A DNA stretch of 64,000 nucleotides from Eledone cirrhosa (lineage: Eukaryota): assembly GCA_964016885.1 (NCBI GenBank), contig OZ024742.1, forward strand, positions 298,716,001 to 298,780,000, written 5' to 3'. The position numbers and the translations under genes are program-made. Each line of letters begins with the position of its first letter. The first letter of the stretch is position 1. This document shows, in pieces, positions 1-16,286 of the stretch. The notes beneath the pieces were generated by a model. It saw nothing but the letters and a program-made list of their open reading frames with translations. It was not told where the DNA came from and did no database searches.

Positions 1-1588
<1,588 letters not shown>

Positions 1589-1754
1589 TATTAAGGATAC
1601 TATTTATGGTTATGTATATAATAAAACCTTATATAGTTATATATATTTTAAACCCTAAATAGTGGAAGACAGTAATTCAATGGGTCAATATATACATATG
1701 TTTTTATATGTCTCTTGTGTTGAAAAGGAGGTGAAGTATGTTAAAATCACTAAA

Positions 1755-1809
1755 TAGTTGCTCCGAAGAAACCAAACCTCGGTTAGGAGGAAACAATTGT
1801 AATCAAATA
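1755..1809 (+). ncRNA. Degenerate hammerhead-like motif in a 250-bp island between TA arrays
   Basis: TAGTTGCT-CCGAAGA-(AACC..GGTT)-GAAA-CAATT-GTA-ATCAAATA; palindromic helix III ACAATTGT, but helices I and II are imperfect. Confidence 0.35.
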
Positions 1810-1839
1810 AATGATTTAAACTGAACTTTGATTCATGTA

Positions 1840-1845
<6 letters not shown>

Positions 1846-1880
<35 letters not shown>

Positions 1881-1914
1881 TACATATATATATACATATA
1901 TATATACATATATA

Positions 1915-1946
<32 letters not shown>

Positions 1947-1953
1947 CATATAC

Positions 1954-1984
<31 letters not shown>

Positions 1985-2023
1985 CATATATATACATATA
2001 TATATATATATACATATATATAA

Positions 2024-2078
<55 letters not shown>

Positions 2079-2096
2079 TATATACATATACATATA

Positions 2097-2130
<34 letters not shown>

Positions 2131-2150
2131 CATATATATATATATGTATA
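1846..2150. repeat. (TA)n/(TATACA) microsatellite
   Basis: Direct reading. Confidence 0.95.
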
Positions 2151-2366
2151 TTTCGTTTCTGAATTTGTTTAGCAAGATTCTTTATCTGAAATCGTGTGTT
2201 GAAACCGATATTGTTTTACTTTGGGAGGGTCATGTTGCCAATAAGAAACAGACGCACCAGTTGCTTTCACTTCAATTTAATTTAATATATATTTATAAAT
2301 TTACAAATTTATAAATTTCTGGTTGGTTGGTTGGTTCCACAACCAGATAGTTGTTTATATATATAT

Positions 2367-2411
2367 AGTCATAGTTCTTTCGTCACACACTCTGTGACCT
2401 CTTCAGTGACT
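2367..2411 (-). ncRNA. Minimal type I hammerhead ribozyme (family A 3' end)
   Basis: AGUCA-CUGAAGA-G-GUCACA-gagug-UGUGAC-GAAA-G-aa-CUA/UGACU. Confidence 0.85.
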
Positions 2412-2708
2412 GGGGATTTCTTTCTTCGTTTCTGTGCCTTTCCTTTCTTCTATCCTACGCCATTTTGTTTGTGTGTGGGTTGCGTGCTCAGTTTGCGCAT
2501 GCGCCACATCCGGGTGTCTGTGTGTGTTTGTGTTCATTTTTCTATTTTTCTATTTATATTTGTTTGTTTATTTATTTATTTATTGTTGGTTGGTTGTTTG
2601 TTCTATGTGTGTGTGTGTTTTCATTTTGTCTTGTGTGTGTTTTCATTTTGTGTGTGTTTTCAATTGTAAGTTGTTTGTTCTATGTGTGTGTGTGTTTTCA
2701 TTTTGTCC

Positions 2709-4028
2709 TTAATTGTAAGTTGTGATGTTGCTGTTCCGCTCATATTTTCTATTTAATTTTGGTTTTAATTCTTTTATGCTTACTGCCTCTGTAATTTGCC
2801 TAAACATTGCGTCTTTCTTGTGTGTGGATTCTATTTTTATTTCTATGCTCTCTAATTTACCCCTGTGTTCTATCTTAGCATGTTGGTAGAGCACAGATGA
2901 TTCTTTACTATCTTGGAGGTCTCGCCAGTGTTCATTTATTCGTTCCCCTATACTACGAGCTGTCTCACCTATGTACACTATATTTTTGTTTCTACATTGT
3001 CCTTCAGTACATCTTATGCTATATACTACATTTCTAGTTTTACAGTTAATATGGGGGCCTATTTTACAGGTTATACATTTCTTATCTATACATGAGGGTC
3101 TTTGGAACGGGTATGTCTTGCTAATAAGTGTTTTTACGGAGGTACCAGGTCTTTCTACTATCTTAATATTGAGATTATGTTTCTTTAGGGCCCTTCTAAA
3201 TTTGTAGGCTAGTTCGCCTCTAGGGGTTGTATTGATGAACATTACACTCTGGTATTTATTGCTATCATACCATGAGTTTATTCTATTGGCCTTGTTCTTA
3301 GTTCTTTCTATTCTATTCCAAAATTTGCTCCTATACAAGGGGCAGGTCCCATTTATGTCATTATTTACCATTTTTTCCCATTTGATTCTGGCTCCTTTAT
3401 ACACTCTGATTCTATCTCTCTGATTGTAGCCAGAGAACTGCATACGGTGGATGAAGTGTTGTATGTGTCGCTCTAGTTCTTCGGGGTTGCACATGCGGGA
3501 CACATTTCTCATCACCCGTACCAAATCCGCAATCAGTATGTTGATTTTGGTATGGTCCGAAATGGCCGAGTTTCGGTGGATCAGATGTTTGGAAGTCATG
3601 GGTTTGGCATAATGGGAATGGAGGATTTGTTTTTGGTTGTTAATAGTATCTAACCAGAGCTCTGTGTCTAGTACAGGTAATCGATGGTTGGGGTGTCTAC
3701 TTGGGTAGTCTATAGTAACTCTAATGCTCTGGTGGATGGAGTTTGCTATTTGCTGGATGCTTTCCATTGTGTTTTTCTCTGGTTCCTGACTGTTCTTTAG
3801 TGGGGGTGTCTTAACTACGATGTTTATATCATCTACGTAGCGGGAGTACATTATCAGGGTTAAGCTGTCTTCTAATTGTTCATTAAGTTTTTGTTTAAGT
3901 CTACTGTCCCACCATACCATGAACAAGTTAGCTATGTCGCCTGCAATGCTAACACCAATGGCTGCTCCTTCCTCTTGGGCATATGTTTTACCATTAAATT
4001 TGAACATATGTTCCTTAAGGGTTAATTT
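2709..4028 (-). CDS. PLE RT C-terminal half + GIY-YIG endonuclease (5'-truncated, uninterrupted)
   Basis: ORF 2709-4061; YVDD, thumb, CxxxxCxxC linker, NVVYSIRC...VYIGETARSIGERINEH. Confidence 0.85.
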   Translation of the reverse strand, partial: KLTLKEHMFKFNGKTYAQEEGAAIGVSIAGDIANLFMVWWDSRLKQKLNEQLEDSLTLIMYSRYVDDINIVVKTPPLKNSQEPEKNTMESIQQIANSIHQSIRVTIDYPSRHPNHRLPVLDTELWLDTINNQKQILHSHYAKPMTSKHLIHRNSAISDHTKINILIADLVRVMRNVSRMCNPEELERHIQHFIHRMQFSGYNQRDRIRVYKGARIKWEKMVNNDINGTCPLYRSKFWNRIERTKNKANRINSWYDSNKYQSVMFINTTPRGELAYKFRRALKKHNLNIKIVERPGTSVKTLISKTYPFQRPSCIDKKCITCKIGPHINCKTRNVVYSIRCTEGQCRNKNIVYIGETARSIGERINEHWRDLQDSKESSVLYQHAKIEHRGKLESIEIKIESTHKKDAMFRQITEAVSIKELKPKLNRKYERNSNITTYN

Positions 4029-4085
4029 AGCAAGAAGCATAATAGAATAGAGGCCCAGCAACTGGGAGAAGAATCTGCAAATGGC

Positions 4086-6244
4086 TTGCGTAAGCTCATG
4101 CAGCGCTCACGTAATGGAGAGATAGCATGCTTTCCAACAGACAAGTCTGGCAGAATGTCGGTAGACAGCCTGCCAAACTACATCCAGGCAATGCAACCCC
4201 ACATCACTAACACAAGAGAGGTAACACCACAGGAGCATGAGGATAGAGAAAAAACCCTCAATGCCCATATGGTGATGTGGACAAATATAATGCAGCCCAA
4301 CAAAAGGACTGCCAACAACTTCCAGGCCTGGAACAATGACGTGCCGGCGTTGTATGGGCTTCGAAAAGACCATAAAACGGGCTGGGACCCTGTCGCGCGA
4401 CCACCAACACGGCCAGTCTGTGGGGCTAACATTGCTAGTAACTACAGACTGTCCTACTTCCTCTCCCTGATCATACGCCCCATCATTGAGATGTCCCCAG
4501 ATGTGTGTGACAGCACGGAGGACCTCCTCAGCAGAATCGGCGCGGGTAACCGATCTGGGGACCTAACAAACTGCATAATAGGCAGTATGGATGTTGTGTC
4601 CCTGTATCCATCTATTGACGTGGATTTTGCTGTAGAGAAATGCGTCCAAATGATCAGCGAGAGCAAGGTTGAGTTCCGTGGGATTGATACCAGTGAGCTG
4701 GGACTTCTACTTAAGCTTACCCATAGTAATAGTTACCTAGACACTTATGACCTTAGCAACCTGTGCCCTACAAGACCAGCAAGAGGCAGACCACCTACCA
4801 TTACCTCAATGGCCAAGAAAACCCACACAGATAGATGGAACGGGTGGACCAGAGCCATACGGACACCCGAAAACCACGATGAACTGAAGAAAATGATTGC
4901 ACATGCGGTAGGGTCCAGCATAAAATTAACCCTTAAGGAACATATGTTCAAATTTAATGGTAAAACATATGCCCAAGAGGAAGGAGCAGCCATTGGTGTT
5001 AGCATTGCAGGCGACATAGCTAACTTGTTCATGGTATGGTGGGACAGTAGACTTAAACAAAAACTTAATGAACAATTAGAAGACAGCTTAACCCTGATAA
5101 TGTACTCCCGCTACGTAGATGATATAAACATCGTAGTTAAGACACCCCCACTAAAGAACAGTCAGGAACCAGAGAAAAACACAATGGAAAGCATCCAGCA
5201 AATAGCAAACCCCATCCACCAGAGCATTAGAGTTACTATAGACTACCCAAGTAGACACCCCAACCATCGATTACCTGTACTAGACACAGAGCTCTGGTTA
5301 GATACTATTAACAACCAAAAACAAATCCTCCATTCCCATTATGCCAAACCCATGACTTCCAAACATCTGATCCACCGAAACTCGGCCATTTCGGACCATA
5401 CCAAAATCAACATACTGATTGCGGATTTGGTACGGGTGATGAGAAATGTGTCCCGCATGTGCAACCCCGAAGAACTAGAGAGACACATACAACACTTCAT
5501 CCACCGTATGCAGTTCTCTGGCTACAATCAGAGAGATAGAAAATCAGAGTGTATAAAGGAGCCAGAACCAAATGGGAAAAAATGGTAAATAATGACATAA
5601 ATGGGACCTGCCCCTTGTATAGGAGCAAATTTTGGAATAGAATAGAAAGAACTAAGAACAAGGCCAATAGAATAAACTCATGGTATGATAGCAATAAATA
5701 CCAGAGTGTAATGTTCATCAATACAACCCCTAGAGGCGAACTAGCCTACAAATTTAGAAGGGCCCTAAAGAAACATAATCTCAATATTAAGATAGTAGAA
5801 AGACCTGGTACCTCCGTAAAAACACTTATTAGCAAGACATACCCGTTCCAAAGACCCTCATGTATAGATAAGAAATGTATAACCTGTAAAATAAGCCCCC
5901 ATATTAACTGTAAAACTAGAAATGTAGTATATAGCATAAGATGTACTGAAGGACAATGTAGAAACAAAAATATAGTGTACATAGGTGAGACAGCTCGTAG
6001 TATAGGGGAACGAATAAATGAACACTGGCGAGACCTCCAAGATAGTAAAGAATCATCTGTGCTCTACCAACATGCTAAGATAGAACACAGGGGTAAATTA
6101 GAGAGCATAGAAATAAAAATAGAATCCACACACAAGAAAGACGCAATGTTTAGGCAAATTACAGAGGCAGTAAGCATAAAAGAATTAAAACCAAAATTAA
6201 ATAGAAAATATGAGCGGAACAGCAACATCACAACTTACAATTAA
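4086..6244 (+). pseudogene. PLE RT + GIY-YIG endonuclease, 5'-truncated, +2 frameshift near 5540
   Basis: ORFs 4086-5588 and 5549-6244; the plus arm reads GATAGAAAATCAG where the minus arm reads GATAGAATCAG. Confidence 0.88.
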
Positions 6245-6541
6245 GGACAAAATGAAAACACACACACACATAGAACAAACAACTTACAATTGAAAACACA
6301 CACAAAATGAAAACACACATAAGACAAAATGAAAACACACACACACATAGAACAAACAACCAACCAACAATAAATAAATAAATAAACAAACAAATATAAA
6401 TAGAAAAATAGAAAAATGAACACAAACACACACAGACACCCGGATGTGGCGCATGCGCAAACTGAGCACGCAACCCACACACAAACAAAATGGCGTAGGA
6501 TAGAAGAAAGGAAAGGCACAGAAACGAAGAAAGAAATCCCC

Positions 6542-6586
6542 AGTCACTGAAGAGGTCACAGAGTGTGTGACGAAAGAACTATGACT
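6542..6586 (+). ncRNA. Minimal type I hammerhead ribozyme (family A), predicted cleavage after 6581
   Basis: Helix I AGTCA/TGACT, core CTGAAGA..GAAA, helix II GTCACA/TGTGAC, CUA site. Confidence 0.85.
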
Positions 6587-6741
6587 ATATATATATAAAC
6601 AACTATCTGGTTGTGGAACCAACCAACCAACCAGAAATTTATAAATTTGTAAATTTATAAATATATATTAAATTAAATTGAAGTGAAAGCAACTGGTGCG
6701 TGTGTTTCTTATTGGCAACATGACCCTCCCAAAGTATAACA

Positions 6742-7722
<981 letters not shown>

Positions 7723-7723
7723 A

Positions 7724-8378
7724 TTAGAAAGTGAGGTTTTTTTTTACAAAATGAAAAATAACCGAGGTGTCCAACATGAGTGAAAGTATAAAGAAAAAAA
7801 ATGCAATCGAAAATGCAACTGGAGTCTTATTTAAAAAAAATATATATATATTTATTTGGTTCCTTTACCGGTCTCGCACTTCTTCTGCTTTTCAAAAGGT
7901 GAGTTGAGATGGAGGGTCTGTGGTTTTTCTCACATCTGGTTGGTCTCTGAATGTTACTTGTTTTATATGGAAAAAGTGGCTCGAAATGCCAGGTTTTTCG
8001 AGAATTAATTTGATTGGTTTGTCAAGAATTATAATAAATTTCGCGCCAGTTCGCGTTACAATAGTTCTTCAGGTTGTTTTTTCATATATGAGTGTTTGAA
8101 TTTCTTTTTACTTGAAAAAAGGGGCTAACGAAGGCTTTTTTTGGTTCGTTATAAATGAAATTATGACTGTCACGTGAACAAGTTTTCATTAAATTTTCGT
8201 GCCCTTATTTGGAAATCCATTCTGTAGCCTTTTTAGAGAATTTTATGATAAGTGAAAGATAATGGTCAAGAGAAAGGGATGGGAGAATTGTTCTGGTTCA
8301 GTGAATATGGTTAATTCGCTGGGGTGTCAGAGTTCAGATTTTCTATTGAAGTAAAGATATGTATGTTTATTTGTGTGC

Positions 8379-8452
<74 letters not shown>

Positions 8453-11400
8453 TGGTAGATGATTCTATTAGTAGAAATGGGGGAGGGAGTTGTGTGTGTG
8501 TGTATATGGGTGTTATGTGTGTGTGTGCGAGTATGTTAAGATGGAGAGAATATATATTTTGTGTGTGTGTATATATGTGTGTAGGAAAGTGGTTCTATTA
8601 GTAGAAATTGGGGACGGAGTTGTGGGTGTGGGGGTTGTTATGTGTGTGTGTGTGTGGGTGTTATGTGTGTGGGAGTATGGTTAGCATGTTAAGATGAAGA
8701 TATATATATATATATATATATTGTGTGTGTGTGTGTAGGAAAATGATTCCTTTAGTAGGAATATTTTTGAATGAACATATTTTCCTTATTCGTATTTGTT
8801 CTGTTGTATTGTCAGTGCAAACGTATGTTTAAGGTTTATTTATTTCGGGTTTTTATTTTCTAAAGTAGAAGGTGTTATGTGTGTGTGTGTGTATGTCATA
8901 TTATGGTGTTGACATAATGTATATTAAACCATATTTAATGCTGGACTATATTTTTGAATAAACATATTTTCCTTATTTATTCGTATTTGTTCTGTTGTAT
9001 TGTTAGCCCAAAGGTAAAATGGGAAGACTTGGAATTTTGGTGTCTTATTACTTGCGCAAATGTCTAGATGTGCACTTAGTGGTATCTGTCTCGTGGTTGG
9101 ATCTCGTAATTGTTGGCGATGAACTGTCATTCTGTTTCTGAGTGTGAGTTTAGTTTGTCCTATATAATCTTCATTGCATCCTTTACATTTAATGGCATAA
9201 TGTAGATTTTTTGATGAGCAAGTGAAGTGATTTTTTACAGTAAAATTTTGTCCTCATTTAAATGTATACGTGTTGCCTTCAATGAGGTGAGTGCAGGTTC
9301 CACAATTAGAGCGACCACATTTTTTGATACTTGGTTGTGGGTTTGTGGTAGGTAATTTGGCATTGCTGAGTAATGTTTTCAGTGATTTTGGTTGTCTTTC
9401 GCTTTTGATTATTTTGTGTGTTTCAAGGGCTTTTTTCATTCTTGGGTTTTGTTTTAGTAGTGGGATGTTCTTGTGAATAGTGTTGTAAGCTTCCGCATTT
9501 CTTGGTTTGTGTGTTGAGATATATGATAGAATATTGGACGTACCTTGAATTTGTTTCTGTTTCCGTAATTCATCAATGCCTATTGCTTTAGCCCTTTCTA
9601 TTCCATTATTAATTAGTAATAGTGGGTACTCTCTCTCGAGTAGAATTTCCTTTAATTCTTGAAGTCTTTTATTTCGCGTTTCATAATTGGAGACAATTAT
9701 GTAAATTCTTCTTGCTAGGTTAAAAGGAATGTTCGTCTTCGTGTGCTTTGGATGGTTGGAGGTGAATAGCAGATATTGTTTGGCATCTGTTGGTTTGTAG
9801 TGTATGTCAGTTTCGATATTTGTGTCATTTTTTAAGATTAGGATGTCCAGAAATGGGAGTTGATCTTGGCTGTATTCCATTGTGAATTGGATGTGGTTAT
9901 TGATGCCGTTTATTAAGTTTTTGAAATCCTTCAGTTGGTCGAGTGTGTGGGACCAAAGGATGAGGCAATCATCCAAGTAGCATTTCCAATTCTCTGATAA
10001 ATATTTGTGGAAGTTCAATCCGTATTTTGATTTGGACTGTTCAAATATCTGGACTTCTAAGTATGCCATGACTAAGTTGGCATAAGTTGGAGCGGCTTTT
10101 GTACCCATCGCAGTCCCCGATATTTGCTTGTAAGTATTGCCATCGAAATCAAAAAAGTTGTTCTGTAAGATGAATTTTAATCCCTCGGTGATGAAGCTTT
10201 TTTCTATTCTGTCAGGTATGTCATTGGGATATTTCTCTAGCCCAAATCTTATTGCTTCTAGTCCGTATTGGTGTGGGATCGTTGTGTAGAGATTCACGAC
10301 ATCGAAAGACACAATAATAATGTCGTTGTTGACATGTTTGGGGAGGTGGTTTAAGAGGTCCAGATCGTCTCTTACAAGGCTTGGTATGTGTTTCAGTATT
10401 GGTTTCAGTAGTATGTCTATAAAGTTGCTCAGTCTGTGTGTTTCACATTGTGGGCCCGCTACAATTGGTCTTAATTTAAGGTCTGTGGGGGGGGGGGGGT
10501 ATTGTGTGTTCACGCAGGCTGAGGTGGATTCTTTACAGGCATCGTTGATTATTTTACACTTGTGGATCTTCGGAAGTCCGTAAAGGTTGCTGGTTTTGTA
10601 TTCAAAATTTGTTAAATAATCGCGTTCCTTTTTAGTTAGGTCTTCCTGGTATCGATAAATCAGTGTGTTTAATTTGGTCATTATTTTTGATTGCTGGTAG
10701 TTTTTTACTCTTTCATAGTAATTAGTATTTTTTAAGAGAGAGAACATAGAATTTTTATATTTTTCAGCCTCCATAATGACAACAGTACTTCCCTTGTCCG
10801 CTTCCTTAATTATAATGTCCGTATTGTTTTTTAGTTCATGGATAATCTCCCATTCCCTTCGACTCGTGTTGGGTTTGGGTTTAGGTTGCGGTAGTTCATG
10901 GTATGGGAAGGTAGCTATGTGGTCACAAAATTTGTCCAGAACTCTGTTTCTACCTTTTGTTGGGATGTAGTTGCTTTTATTCCATACAATTGATTCGTCG
11001 TTATTCTCCTTGTCAAATAATTCCTCTGTGAGACGTAATTTTCTACAGAAGTGTGAGATATCGTCATTTATCTCATTGGGGTTAGAGTATTGTGGTGTTG
11101 GTGTAAATTTCAGTCCTTTGGAGAGAATTTTTACTTGTTGGGCTGAGAGGTTTGTATTTGAAAGGTTAATTATTTTCGGTTTTTCAAAATCGGTTTGTGC
11201 CACCGGGTGTCGTGAGTCCTGTAGCCTTGGTCTAAAAAATGATTTTTCTGGCATGTTTTTTCAATGGTATTATTATATCTAATGGTATTTCCCCTGTTTT
11301 TGTGTGGTCTTGTATAGAAGTTTCGGACGTATTGAGGTTCGGTTTGTTGATAGTCCGGGTTGTAGATTTTGTTCCTTTGTGTGGGTTGGGATCTACGGTT

Positions 11401-11689
11401 TTGGAACAGGCTCTGTGTGGGCAGGGGTCTACGGTTTTGGAATAGGTTTTGTGTGGGTTGTGATCTGCGGATCAGGTCCTGCCTTGTGTTCGGGGATCTT
11501 TGGTTTTTGTTAGTAGGGTTATAGTTTTGTCTATGGTTTCAGAGATTATCGTTATAGTTTTGCTGGGGGTATGTTGGACGTTTTGTTACTTTTTTGGTTA
11601 TTTGTTGTGCATGTGGTGTGTGAGTTTTAGTTTGTTTTAAAAATGGGTTACCTGTATGTTGTTCATTTTTGAAGTCCATTTCGTAGTTG
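7724..11689 (-). mobile_element. Neptune-like Penelope element (family B) with GT-rich 3' region and a degenerate HHR at 7862-7899
   Basis: ORF motifs KIINLS..LSKGLKFTPTP, EADKG, YGLPKIHK, RPIV, FDVVNLYT, GTAMGT, YLDD, FLDI, CGRSNCGTC. Assigning 7724-8900 to the same element is inference. Confidence 0.85.
8924..11254 (-). pseudogene. PLE RT + GIY-YIG ORF with one in-frame TGA at 9254-9256
   Basis: Reading past TGA continues in frame: GQNFTVKNHFTCSSKNLHYAIKCKGCNEDYIGQTKLTLRNRMTVHRQQ, joining ORF 8924-9130; upstream frameshift in an A-run near 11260. Confidence 0.85.
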
Positions 11690-14337
11690 TTGAACAATAA
11701 CAACTTAACAGAGTATGATAACACCAATGACATCATGGTGCATTCGGATAAAACTGGGAACCTATACTTTGTCAACCCTGACAGATACCACACACTGATC
11801 AGGAGCAGCCTAAACTCCACCTATAAAAAGGCCAACCACTCATGCATCGAGGACATAAATCGAGATGGACAACAAATTATCTCCAGCCTCGGGGTCGCCG
11901 ACCGCACGGAACCCCTAGACCCACGGACACCCTACTTCACACTGAAGGACCACAAATCCGATTTCGACCGTAAACCCTCTATCAGGCTTATTAACCCAAC
12001 GAAGTCCGACATAGGGAGAATCAGCAAAAAAATCCTAGACCGCGTGATACCAAAAGTCAAGCAACACGCCCGACTTAGCCTACGGATCAACACCCAGGAA
12101 GTAATCTCATCGTTCAGCAATATGGAGGATAAACAAGACACTAAATTCATCCAGTTTGACATAGAGAGCTACTATGCTTCAATCACCTTACCGCTACTTA
12201 CTGCTGCCTTAGACTTCGCCGAAGCACTTGTGCCCATCACCGACCAGGAAACAAAAATCATCCTCCACGCCAGGAAGACAGTCTTACTCTTTGACAATTC
12301 CAAATGGATAAAAAGAGCTCCCGACTCACCCTTCGACGTCAGCATGGGCGCTACGGATTCGGCGGAGGTCACAGATCTTATAGGATTATTCCTAATAGCC
12401 AAACTCACCGATACGTTTCCTGCATTCGGTGGTGGACTGTACCGTGATGATGGGCTCCTTACCCTTAAAGGGTACAACCCCAGTAGTAAAGATCGGGTCC
12501 GGAAACAATTAATCAGCTTCTTCCGCGACTGGGGATTTAAAATAACCCTACAAACGTCCCTGACCCGAGTAAACTTCCTGGACGTTACCCTCGACCTCGA
12601 AAACGACCTGTACTACTCATACAGGAAACCTAATGACAACCTGCACTACATTCACCGCCGTTCAAACCATCCTAGGAACATCACCAACAACCTGGTCAAA
12701 AACATCTCCCTCCGCATATCCCGTTTGTAAGCTAATGAGCAGATATTCGATGAACATGCGCCTTATTACAACCAGGCCCTCAAGCGGAGTGGTTTCCAGG
12801 AGGAAATATCCTACTGTCTAGCTCCCATTAGTGGAACCAGCAGGCGACACCGCCGCTCACGCAATGTAACATGGTTCAATCCTCCCCCACAACGCAGAGG
12901 TGACAATTCCCATCGGGAAAATATTCTTTAGGCTCATTGAAAAACACTTCCCACTACAACACCGCTACCACAACATAATTAACAAAAATACCATCAAACT
13001 CTCTTACAGCACTACACCAAACTCCGCACAAAACATCGTCTCCTCCAACAACAAAAAACTCAACCCCGATGGAAGAAATAACCTAAATAGCAGTGGAGAG
13101 CCGACCAGGAGGTGCAACTGTCCTGATAGATCTATTTGCCCCCTCGACAACAGATGCAGAGACCGTAATGTGATCTACCAGTGCAACGTGGGGACGGACA
13201 CCTCCAACAAAGCTTATATAGGATTAACCCCATGTGACTTCAAGACCCGGCTATACCAACACAGACATACCTTCCGAAACCCGGCCCGGCGTCACGCCAC
13301 TACACTTTCGGGCCACATATGGGACCTCAAAGACAACAACATCACCTATGATCTCACTTGGAGATTACTGTCCAGAGCCAACTCTTACACGGGAGGACGC
13401 CGTCCGTGCAATTATGCTCGGAGGAAACTTTACAAATGGTGTTTTCAACGGACCAACTCCTAAACAAGAAAGATGAACTGGTTACTGCATGTAAACAGAG
13501 ATTGCGTAGGATTACCTCGCCCTCAAACCCCATAATGACCCCGGGGGGGGGGGGGGTAGACTAGGGCTATAACACCCCACTTGCCGATTTTGTAACGGGT
13601 AACCCCTGCTTGCCAAGGCAGACGTAAGATCTTCTTTTATATTCTTTTATCGCTTCCTCTATATTTCCTTCTTCCCCCATCCCTCCCTAGTCCTTCTACC
13701 CCAGTTCTTTTCCTTGTCGGCGTCTTTTTCTCGCCCACCCGAGGTAGCCCCTCGGCCCTTTGTAGCCTCAGTACCCCCACCCCCTCCCCTATTCTATGTT
13801 AGATTTGGCGGACTCCGCTTTCTATAGCAGTTGTGTTAGACTTCGGATACTTGCCTCCTTATTCGACCGCTCCCCCTCTTTTCCGTGCCTTCTATATTTC
13901 TTAGTGGCATCTCTGCTTTATTTCTCGTTTATTCAGTTTTTCTTTCTTCTCTTTTCTTTTGGGCGGGTTGGATTCTGAATTAATTTTCCGTATTCTACTT
14001 TTACTTCGTACGAACTTTCATGTAGCTTGTATAAGAACTTTTGTAGCGTGGCGGTACTCTTAGAGTTAGCATTAGTATATTTTTTTCGGGACTCTGAATT
14101 ATTATTTCGTACTAGTTTACTTTTCTGCACTGGGTGGTTGTTGGCCTTGTGCCCGGGGTAGAAACCTTTATTAATTATTTCGTGGTAGTTTCTTTAGTAT
14201 TTTGGCCCCCCTTTGTTGACCCGTCACTGTATGATATACGTACTTATACCTCTTAAAAGGGCCCTTTCCTATTCCGTCCCACTTAGTTTATTTATTTATT
14301 ATTTATTATTTTTTTATTTCTTTATCTATTTATTCAT

Positions 14338-14368
<31 letters not shown>

Positions 14369-14797
14369 GCCAAGCAATAGCGAGAGACTTAGTTCGTAGA
14401 AATTGCTTTTTTTTCTTTACATTTATTCGCTTCACTCTCAGTATATTTTTACCCTTCATTGTTCTACTTACCGTTTCGACTTCCTCCCCCTCCCCCTTCC
14501 TAGTATCTTCTTTGACCTCATGCCCAGCTGTAGCCGGCACCACCAACGCATGAATGGGTCTACTCCACCCCCTCCCCCTTTTCTCCTACTGGCAGGTTTA
14601 GCTACCCCTTCCCCCACTAATTTGCCATCACAGAATTACTAGTAACTTGTGACCAATCCTTGTGACAATCACTTTGACCATATATGGAATTACCCCTTGA
14701 GAAGCTCGGCTATTTAAATACCAGGATAAATTTTCATTTAGTCCAGAATTAGCCGTCGAAACGGCTTGAGCTCAGCCGTCAGGGTCTTACTGGTTCC
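11690..14797 (+). mobile_element. Penelope-like element of the YRDD type (Nematis/Hydra-like, family C), 5'-truncated, disrupted ORF 11690-~13560 plus long 3' region
   Basis: SDKTGN, LKDHK, IRLINP, FDIESYY, FDVSMG, GLYRDDGL, NFLDV, SNHP, WFNPP, CNC..CPL, VIYQC..YIGLT; stop at 12728 and frameshifts. Confidence 0.88.
14692..14785 (+). ncRNA. Type I hammerhead with U3-A8 core variant and long helix II
   Basis: ACCCC-TTGAGAA-G..CGGCTA...TAGCCG.C-GAAA-CGGCT-tgagctc-AGCCG-TC/AGGGT; related copy at 49801-49829 has GTC/GGGGTC. Confidence 0.72.
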
Positions 14798-14994
14798 TAT
14801 ATATATATATACATACACACATATATATATATATACATAAATATGTATATTTATATATATATACATAAATATGTATATTTATATATATATATACATAAAT
14901 ATGTATATTTATATATATATATATATACATACACATATATATATACATAAATATGTATATTTATATATATATACATACACACATATATAAATAT

Positions 14995-15071
<77 letters not shown>

Positions 15072-15083
15072 CATAAATATGTA

Positions 15084-15137
<54 letters not shown>

Positions 15138-15144
15138 CATACAG

Positions 15145-15185
<41 letters not shown>

Positions 15186-15396
15186 CATATGTATATTTAT
15201 ATACATATATTGCAATATAAATATATTGCAATACAAACACTTATGTGTTTATCATATATTAATTTATATTAACTTGTATTTCACGGCTCATAAATGCTTT
15301 ATTCTTTGAGCTAAATAATTGTAAATGACTGTTTGAGTTTAAAACTCTAAATATAATATAATAAATTTATATATATATATATATATATATGCACAT

Positions 15397-15479
<83 letters not shown>

Positions 15480-15855
15480 AATATGTATATATATATATAC
15501 ATAAATATGTATATTTATATATATATATACATAAATATGTGCATTTATATATATATATATACATAAATATGTACATTTATATATATATATATACATAAAT
15601 ATGTATATTTATATATATATATATATATATACATACACACACATATATATAAATATATATATATACATAAATATGTATATTTATATATATATATATATAT
15701 ATATACATACACATATATATATATATATATACATAAATATGTATATATATATATATATATATACATACACATATATATATATATATACATAAATATGTAT
15801 ATTTATATATATATATATATATACATACACACATATATATATACATAAATATGTA

Positions 15856-15915
<60 letters not shown>

Positions 15916-15945
15916 CACATATATATATATATACATAAATATGTA

Positions 15946-16013
<68 letters not shown>

Positions 16014-16102
16014 CACACATATATATATACATAAATATGTATATTTAAAAGAGGCGGTAAGTAGATCAAGATTAATATCAAGAAAGTTAGCATTTACACA
16101 CA

Positions 16103-16156
<54 letters not shown>

Positions 16157-16195
16157 CACACATATATATATATATATATATACATAAATATGTAT

Positions 16196-16252
<57 letters not shown>

Positions 16253-16286
16253 CATATACATATATATATATATACATAAATATGTA

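Noticed and set aside
2709-6244. Selenoprotein-type Naiad ORF
   Set aside because: No in-frame TGA in the visible family A ORFs; the Cys motifs use ordinary codons
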